DNA from: a virus
Lineage: Duplodnaviria > Caudoviricetes
DNA length: 64,000 bases
IMG/VR virus record: IMGVR_UViG_3300028048_003227
Span: 48,409 to 112,408 of that record
Direction: 5' to 3' (one strand)
The translations under genes were made by a program, and so were the position numbers. The notes beneath the pieces were generated by a model, which ran no database searches, was not told the DNA's origin, and saw only the letters and a program-made list of their open reading frames with translations. Every line of letters begins with the position of its first letter. The first letter of the stretch is position 1. This document shows, piece after piece, positions 58,140 through 64,000 of this stretch.

Positions 58140-58526
58140 ATGAGCATATTTGATACTGATATCCGACACCCAGTTGAGGACCTTTTAATAAGGGCCCAAA
58201 AAGTTGTATGTGATACTGTGAGACATTCATTGATTAACTATCACACCGATCCGGGCTATTTGGCAGAGCAGATTGAATGGGGTCTTGAAGACGAAGGTCT
58301 TTGGCTGGATAGGGATAAAGATAAACAGGAAGAAGATCAAATCTATAAAAAAATATTCGGGATTAAAGTTAAAAAAGAGGGGTATTGCGTTCGAATACCT
58401 TATTATAAAGTATCTCTTTGCTGGGGTCGGCCATCCGAATTTTTTAATTCGAATCACATTATCCCGGGGTACTCTATAGATATATATGTTGGTATAAACG
58501 GAATAATTCATGAGCCTATTCGATAA
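58140..58526 (+). CDS. MSIFD-family hypothetical protein
   Basis: MSIFDTDI. Confidence 0.7.
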   Translation: MSIFDTDIRHPVEDLLIRAQKVVCDTVRHSLINYHTDPGYLAEQIEWGLEDEGLWLDRDKDKQEEDQIYKKIFGIKVKKEGYCVRIPYYKVSLCWGRPSEFFNSNHIIPGYSIDIYVGINGIIHEPIR

Positions 58527-58935
58527 AGACTTAATAACTAGTGAACCAACCTTTATTAAAGATTGTCGTGAGTGGATGATGAGAGCTATAAATAAGGTAG
58601 TTCACGATTATATATCAGATGTAATAGATAACACCCCCGATACTTGGTATCCAATGAATTATATTCTTTCTAATGTGAGATTTATATTTATTGATGATAT
58701 GTGGGACCTGGAAAGGATTATTTCAGTAAGTGGAATGTCCTTGGCGGGTACTGATACAACTATCGATGTGTGTCATGATGGAGAACACGAATATGTGATA
58801 AAGGTGGGTATGAGACTTGTAGATGAGAAAAATATGGAGAAATATATAAACATTATTAAAGCGCCTATTTTTTCCACCCACGAAAAAGAATTAGTTAATA
58901 TTTATAGGAAAGAATATAATTATGAGCCTATTTGA
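58510..58935 (+). CDS. MSIFD-family hypothetical protein
   Basis: MSLFDKDL. Confidence 0.7.
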   Translation: MSLFDKDLITSEPTFIKDCREWMMRAINKVVHDYISDVIDNTPDTWYPMNYILSNVRFIFIDDMWDLERIISVSGMSLAGTDTTIDVCHDGEHEYVIKVGMRLVDEKNMEKYINIIKAPIFSTHEKELVNIYRKEYNYEPI

Positions 58936-59293
58936 TAAAGACATAGTCGAGAAATCAATAGATTACAGCGACGATCCTGAAGAAAACATGGGCCGGCAGA
59001 TAATACGAGCGTTGACCGGATTTAAACAGGCGACGTCTGAGTGGCATTCTTATATTTCTTATATGGATTCTGTGTATTATGTCAAGGATAAGATTAGTGA
59101 TTTTATGTATGATCTTCTTAATGGGTATATCCCTAAAGGATTTTTAGGGCCTTTTAAAAAAATTAACACATATTGGGTAACTATAACACAAGACGAAATA
59201 CCAATTATTAAAGTAGTATATCAACTTAAGGATATTAATGAATATAAAGAGATACAATTTATAACAGGACTACCCCCAATTTCAAAAGTATGA
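58922..59293 (+). CDS. MSIFD-family hypothetical protein
   Basis: MSLFDKDI. Confidence 0.7.
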   Translation: MSLFDKDIVEKSIDYSDDPEENMGRQIIRALTGFKQATSEWHSYISYMDSVYYVKDKISDFMYDLLNGYIPKGFLGPFKKINTYWVTITQDEIPIIKVVYQLKDINEYKEIQFITGLPPISKV

Positions 59294-59649
59294 ATAGAAA
59301 AACATCACCAGTATTAAAAAAGTTTGCTGATGACCTGGAGAAAAACCCTATAGTTGAACAACTCCCGAATGATCCCGTTCCGGAAATCACAACAACTGAT
59401 CATATTAAGGAACTCCAAGAACTTCTTGTACAGACATGTATAGATTATATAAATAAAAATGGTCTTACGGATCTATACAGTGTTTATTTTAACGCTGATT
59501 TCCTTAATGAGTCTGCAAAATGGGGGTCGTGGCAACCTTGTACGGATAGTTATATTAAAGTCGAAGGATTAGGGAGAGAGAACTATAAGAGAAAGGATGG
59601 AACCGTGGTTAAGATGCCTTATCGTTATAAAATAGGAGAATGGATGTAG
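59290..59649 (+). CDS. hypothetical protein
   Basis: ORF. Confidence 0.65.
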   Translation: MNRKTSPVLKKFADDLEKNPIVEQLPNDPVPEITTTDHIKELQELLVQTCIDYINKNGLTDLYSVYFNADFLNESAKWGSWQPCTDSYIKVEGLGRENYKRKDGTVVKMPYRYKIGEWM

Positions 59650-59652
59650 GGC

Positions 59653-60090
59653 ATGAGTATATTTGATAAAGATATAATTGAAAGACCATTGGAGATTCCA
59701 AAAAAACTGGTCATGGAACATGTGTTACGTTGGATTACAAACCAAGCTCAACAGTATCTGATTAACAAAAAGGAAAATATGCCAAATTATCTTTCTCTCA
59801 CAGACTTTAGAGTATTTAGTATAAACTATCTAAAAATGAAATACGACGAGTTTTTCGGATCATTGATGCTTAATGAAACACCGAAGAATATTCCGCAGGA
59901 ATGCAAAGAGTTTCCAATAATAAAATCATACGATGTGAAGGTAACGATGGGGGATCAGATAGCACAATTATCTTCAAATCCACATTTGATGGTTATGGAT
60001 ACTTTTTCAATAGATATAATATACGTTTTTCTAGACGAAGAAGATATGATGATGTGCTTAAAACAATTCCTGACACAAATAGCTGTTTAA
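59653..60090 (+). CDS. MSIFD-family hypothetical protein
   Basis: MSIFDKDII. Confidence 0.7.
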   Translation: MSIFDKDIIERPLEIPKKLVMEHVLRWITNQAQQYLINKKENMPNYLSLTDFRVFSINYLKMKYDEFFGSLMLNETPKNIPQECKEFPIIKSYDVKVTMGDQIAQLSSNPHLMVMDTFSIDIIYVFLDEEDMMMCLKQFLTQIAV

Positions 60091-60093
60091 ATC

Positions 60094-60447
60094 ATGAGTA
60101 TATTTGATAAAGACATAATTGAAAAAGAAATACCATTCAGAGAGATTTTTGAAAATAAAATCATCGATATTATTGGGGATGGGCTGGCTCAATTAAATCA
60201 TGCGAATTCAACTGCGAAATTAATAACCAATGCAAAATATTTGGAAAACTATATAAGAAATAGTATATATGATTATATACACGAAACCGGAACAATTGGG
60301 AGAGACCTTGATTGGAGATATAATGTTATAGAAGAATATGTTTATGTCCACGTATTTAGTGATTTCTCAATGATATCCATCGCAGTAAAAAAAGAAGTTT
60401 GTATGAAATTGGATAAAGATTTAGAATTTACTTGGTGTATGAAATAA
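60094..60447 (+). CDS. MSIFD-family hypothetical protein
   Basis: MSIFDKDII. Confidence 0.7.
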   Translation: MSIFDKDIIEKEIPFREIFENKIIDIIGDGLAQLNHANSTAKLITNAKYLENYIRNSIYDYIHETGTIGRDLDWRYNVIEEYVYVHVFSDFSMISIAVKKEVCMKLDKDLEFTWCMK

Positions 60448-60502
60448 ATGAATAATCAATCAAAATATATAAAAACATTATTTAATCAACCACATTGGCT
60501 GT

Positions 60503-60667
60503 ATGAGCATATTTGATGAAGACCTTGTAGAACATAAACCGGAACCCCTTTATGTGAGATATACCGATTATTTATTTGAATCTACTGCACACGATTCTCT
60601 TTTTTATCTGGATTTTAGACCTTGGTTTGAAAGTGACGAGGAAATTGACAAATTGACAATTGTTTAA
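60503..60667 (+). CDS. short MSIFD-family protein (54 aa), possibly truncated
   Basis: MSIFDEDL; read manually. Confidence 0.55.
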   Translation: MSIFDEDLVEHKPEPLYVRYTDYLFESTAHDSLFYLDFRPWFESDEEIDKLTIV

Positions 60668-60698
60668 ATACCCACTAATCTATATTTATTATATATTC

Positions 60699-62324
60699 AT
60701 GAATATTCCTGATATAAAATATTTTGAATCCAAAGGAGCAAAGGGAAACGAAAAGAAAATTAAGAAATTGTTTCCCGAGTTTTATGAGTTTATTTATAAA
60801 AATTATCCAGATATTCCGTGGAGAGAAAAATTATATTGTTTTTACAATAAACTCGCTGAACCACCAAAATGCGAATGTGGTCAAAACTTAAAATTTGTCA
60901 ATTTTGTTGATGGATATAGACATTACTGTTCAAATAAGTGTAGATATCAATCGAAAATACTTAGAAATAAAATATCAATTTCTAATAAATCGAAATCAAA
61001 AGAAGAAAGAGATAAAATAACTAAAAAACGTAATGATACAAATTTATCAAAATATGGTTGTTTGAATCCGGGTTCGGAAAAAGCAAAACAAACTAATCTT
61101 AAAAAATACGGAGTAGAAAATCCTTTTGCGTCTAAAGATATACAGAGAAAAATTAAACAAACAAATCTTGAAAAATATGGAGTAGAACATCCCATGAAAT
61201 CGGAAGAGATAAAACAAAAATTTGAAAACACTCTTCTAAAAAAATATGGCGTAAAACATTATAAACAACTACCGGAATTTAATACATATGTAGATGTATC
61301 GGATAATGATAACATCATTAAGAAAAGAAAATGTCCGCACCCGGAATGTAATAAATGTTGTGAAAAATGGTATGAAATAAATGACGGTGCATATCATGAT
61401 AGAAGGCAAAATAAAATTGAACCATGTACGAGATTATACCCCATTCAAAAATTCAGAAATCATAATACATCAATTGAACAATTCATTCAAGATATTTTAT
61501 TAATAAATGGTATTGAATTTGAAACAGGAAACAAAACTATTTTAAATGGGTATGAATTGGATATATTTATCCCGTCTAAAAATATAGCGGTAGAATGTAA
61601 TGGTATATATTGGCATTCCAGTCAAAATAATACTCCACATAATAAACATTGGGATAAATTTAAAAAATGCTCAGAAAAAGGAATTCAATTATTAACTTTT
61701 TGGGAAGATCAGATTAAATTGTATCCGGAAAAAGTGGAACAAATTTTACTTTCAAAAATAGGAATATTTGATTATAAGATTGGTGCAAGAGAATGTTCAA
61801 TAGTTGAATTAGACTTTAAAAAATCAAATGACTTTATCAACAAATTCCATATTCAAGGAGATGCTCATGGTGAATGTGTGAGAATTGGATTGGAGTACAA
61901 AGGCGAATTGGTTTCTGTTATGACTTTCGGTAGGTCGAGATATTCAAAAAATACTGAGTGGGAATTATACAGATACTGTACTAAATCCGGATATCAAATT
62001 GTGGGTGGTGCTTCAAAATTATTAAAATATTTTGAAAATCATTATAACCCTTCTATTATAGAATCTTTTGCTTCAAATGATATAAGCAATGGAAATCTCT
62101 ATAAAAAACTTGGGTTTAAACTGGTAAAAGAGTATTCTCCCTCTTATTGGTATATAAATAAAATTGATTTAAAAAGATATCATCGGTCTCACTTTACTAA
62201 AAAGAATCTTATAAGAATGGGTTGTGACCCATCTAAATCAGAAATTCAAATAACTAATGATTTGGGATATTATAGAATTTTTGATTGCGGACAATCAAAA
62301 TATATAAAAACATTAAATAACTAG
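60699..62324 (+). CDS. Hef-like homing endonuclease (KYG repeats, Vsr-like domain, GNAT-like C-terminus)
   Basis: ELDIFIP..VECNGIYWHS; GGASKLL; YRIFDCG. Confidence 0.75.
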   Translation: MNIPDIKYFESKGAKGNEKKIKKLFPEFYEFIYKNYPDIPWREKLYCFYNKLAEPPKCECGQNLKFVNFVDGYRHYCSNKCRYQSKILRNKISISNKSKSKEERDKITKKRNDTNLSKYGCLNPGSEKAKQTNLKKYGVENPFASKDIQRKIKQTNLEKYGVEHPMKSEEIKQKFENTLLKKYGVKHYKQLPEFNTYVDVSDNDNIIKKRKCPHPECNKCCEKWYEINDGAYHDRRQNKIEPCTRLYPIQKFRNHNTSIEQFIQDILLINGIEFETGNKTILNGYELDIFIPSKNIAVECNGIYWHSSQNNTPHNKHWDKFKKCSEKGIQLLTFWEDQIKLYPEKVEQILLSKIGIFDYKIGARECSIVELDFKKSNDFINKFHIQGDAHGECVRIGLEYKGELVSVMTFGRSRYSKNTEWELYRYCTKSGYQIVGGASKLLKYFENHYNPSIIESFASNDISNGNLYKKLGFKLVKEYSPSYWYINKIDLKRYHRSHFTKKNLIRMGCDPSKSEIQITNDLGYYRIFDCGQSKYIKTLNN

Positions 62325-62408
62325 CAAGATTCAATATATTATTTAAAAGATAGAGATGCCAATTTCTATCAATTAACCAAATAAATGTTCAAATAAATTA
62401 ATTAAATT

Positions 62409-63500
62409 ATGGCAGATTTTATTGATGATGTAATGGGCTTTGATCCCACAAACCTGGATGCATTCCACGAACCCGAACAGCGTTCATTTGACGCTAATGT
62501 TTACAAGACCAATCCTAAGGACACTAAGTCCGAGAGTGGCAATTATCTTTCTAAAGTAAGGGTTATCTACAACCCGTTTAATCCCAAAGACAGTATTATT
62601 CATCAGGCTACTTACTTCCTGAAGAGTGCCGATGGTGGTCTTCTTGTGAAGAGTCGTCTTGGTAACGGACCAGCTGATCCGGATTTCAAACGTTGCCCAA
62701 TTTTTTCCTGTTGGAAGAAGCTCCACTTCTCTCAGAACGAAGCAGACAAGCAGCGCGCTTATGACCTTTTCCAGAAGAATGAGAGTGATTACGTTCTCGT
62801 TCAGGTTCTCGAAGATGAGAACAAGCCGGACCTTGTCGGTAAGTTTATGGCAATGAAGCTCCCTAAGGCAATTAAGGATAAGCTCGTTGCAAGGATGAAT
62901 CCTAGTAAGGACAGTAAGAAGACTCCTTATCCTGTGATGGACTATGTTATCGGTCTTGAGCTTAATATGGAGGTTACTCCTGGACCTGATGACCCTACCA
63001 ATCCTTCTCGTAAGCAGCGCGAGATTTCTTATAACCTCTGTGACTTTGGTGATTACGCACCTATCATTAAGACCGACGGCACTCCTCTCTTTGATGACGA
63101 GCAGCTTGAGCTTATTGACAGTTATGTGACTGCTATCAAGGATAGCACTAGTGCAAAGACCGAGACCAAGCGTAAGGCTGCGCAGGCAGAGCTTGAAGCA
63201 CTCCGTCCTCAGCTCCGTCCTCTTTACGAGATTGCATTTAACTATGCTAAGGAGAATGCTTTTGATCTTCGCGCAGAGCAGGGATGGAAGGAATGGGACG
63301 AACAGACCACGAAGAGGGTCAACCAGTGGATTGAGATTGTTCTCGCTGGTAAGAATCCTGAGTCTATTACCTATGAGGATTTCAAGCAGGGTAATCCTAT
63401 CGTTGAAGCAGGAGCGACCGCGGGTGTGACACCTGAAACCTATGAAGAAGAACCCACCACAACTTTCGTCGGAAATGCAGCAGACGATCTTCCGTTCTAA
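62409..63500 (+). CDS. single-stranded DNA-binding protein, gp32-like
   Basis: acidic tail ending DDLPF; biased codon usage; VLEDENKPDLVGK segment. Confidence 0.7.
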   Translation: MADFIDDVMGFDPTNLDAFHEPEQRSFDANVYKTNPKDTKSESGNYLSKVRVIYNPFNPKDSIIHQATYFLKSADGGLLVKSRLGNGPADPDFKRCPIFSCWKKLHFSQNEADKQRAYDLFQKNESDYVLVQVLEDENKPDLVGKFMAMKLPKAIKDKLVARMNPSKDSKKTPYPVMDYVIGLELNMEVTPGPDDPTNPSRKQREISYNLCDFGDYAPIIKTDGTPLFDDEQLELIDSYVTAIKDSTSAKTETKRKAAQAELEALRPQLRPLYEIAFNYAKENAFDLRAEQGWKEWDEQTTKRVNQWIEIVLAGKNPESITYEDFKQGNPIVEAGATAGVTPETYEEEPTTTFVGNAADDLPF

Positions 63501-63526
63501 AAACTCTTCATATTTCGCTTTGAAAA

Positions 63527-63555
63527 GAAAAGATGACCAAAAGGTCATCTTTTTT
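63527..63555 (+). terminator. intrinsic terminator
   Basis: aaaagatgacc-aaaa-ggtcatctttt. Confidence 0.75.
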
Positions 63556-63619
63556 GTTTACTCTCAAAATACGCGAATTTAAGTAGTAAATTTTTGATAT
63601 TATATTAGTATTTTAATTC

Positions 63620-64000
63620 ATGAATGATTTTGAAAAATACGCTAAGTCAGAACATCACGTAAATCCTCTGACTCTTGGACGCTATGCCAGCAGCACAACC
63701 AATCCTCCTATCATTATTGAGGAACGTAAACTCAACACGGCCGCAACAGACATTTTCTCGCGCCTTATGATGGATAGGATTATCTTTATTGGACAGGCAA
63801 TAGATGATGATGTGTCAAACATTATTCAGGCTCAACTCCTTTATCTGTCGTCAGTGAATAGTCAGGAGAATATATCTATATATCTTAACACACCAGGCGG
63901 TAGTGTTCCTGCGGGATTAGCTATATATGATACTATGCAGATTATCCCCTGTCCTATCTCCACTGTATGTACCGGATGGGCCGCGAGCATGGGTGCAATT
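63620..64000 (+). CDS. clpP: ClpP protease, 3'-truncated by window edge
   Basis: DIFSRLMMDRIIF, QAQLLYL, YLNTPGGSV, IYDTMQ, AASMG read manually. Confidence 0.92.
   Translation, partial: MNDFEKYAKSEHHVNPLTLGRYASSTTNPPIIIEERKLNTAATDIFSRLMMDRIIFIGQAIDDDVSNIIQAQLLYLSSVNSQENISIYLNTPGGSVPAGLAIYDTMQIIPCPISTVCTGWAASMGAI

Noticed and set aside
62484-63548. 354-aa minus-strand ORF
   Set aside because: Antisense shadow of the codon-biased SSB gene
32804-63576. 12-bp caaaatacgcga shared by two intergenic regions (32804-32815 minus, 63565-63576 plus)
   Set aside because: Only two copies; cannot be separated from chance without the full genome
1-64000. Genome-wide TAG recoding (code 15) as in some gut phages
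   Set aside because: Family A paralogs end at the same residue with TAG or TAA, long genes are intact in the standard code, and no CUA-anticodon tRNA is seen

Overview
64 kb of an AT-rich, T4-like large (probably jumbo) phage genome, most likely infecting Bacteroidota (Bacteroidota-style lipoprotein, ClpP and SSB tail; few Shine-Dalgarno motifs). Recognisable genes: gp14-like neck protein, nrdD/nrdG, thioredoxin, NUDIX, two metallophosphoesterases, EEP nuclease, GMP reductase/IMPDH-like, HAD phosphatase, tape-measure-like membrane protein, a protein kinase, DRB0094/Rnl2-type RNA ligase, TGT-fold protein plus QueC (candidate 7-deazaguanine modification), gp47/SbcD, RNase H, gp32-like SSB, ClpP and four free-standing homing endonucleases. 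The 17.2-22.9 kb region is a tRNA array (14 readable tRNAs) with tRNA-like RNAs and several unknown structured RNAs. The most striking observation is that tRNA-Pro(UGG) and tRNA-Val(UAC) are each interrupted at the anticodon by an 81-85 nt insert with the same architecture: NUACAG, a hairpin, then an anticodon-less mini-tRNA (8-bp stem plus T-arm) ending one C before the 3' exon. This is a candidate new class of tRNA intron, distinct from the group I intron in tRNA-Leu(UAA). Also notable: proteins with T4-like capsid-targeting leaders, a recurring N-terminal S[IL]FDxD[IL] motif, and paralog arrays with conserved ends that suggest cassette shuffling. All RNA structures were folded by eye and all protein calls come from motif recognition, not database searches.
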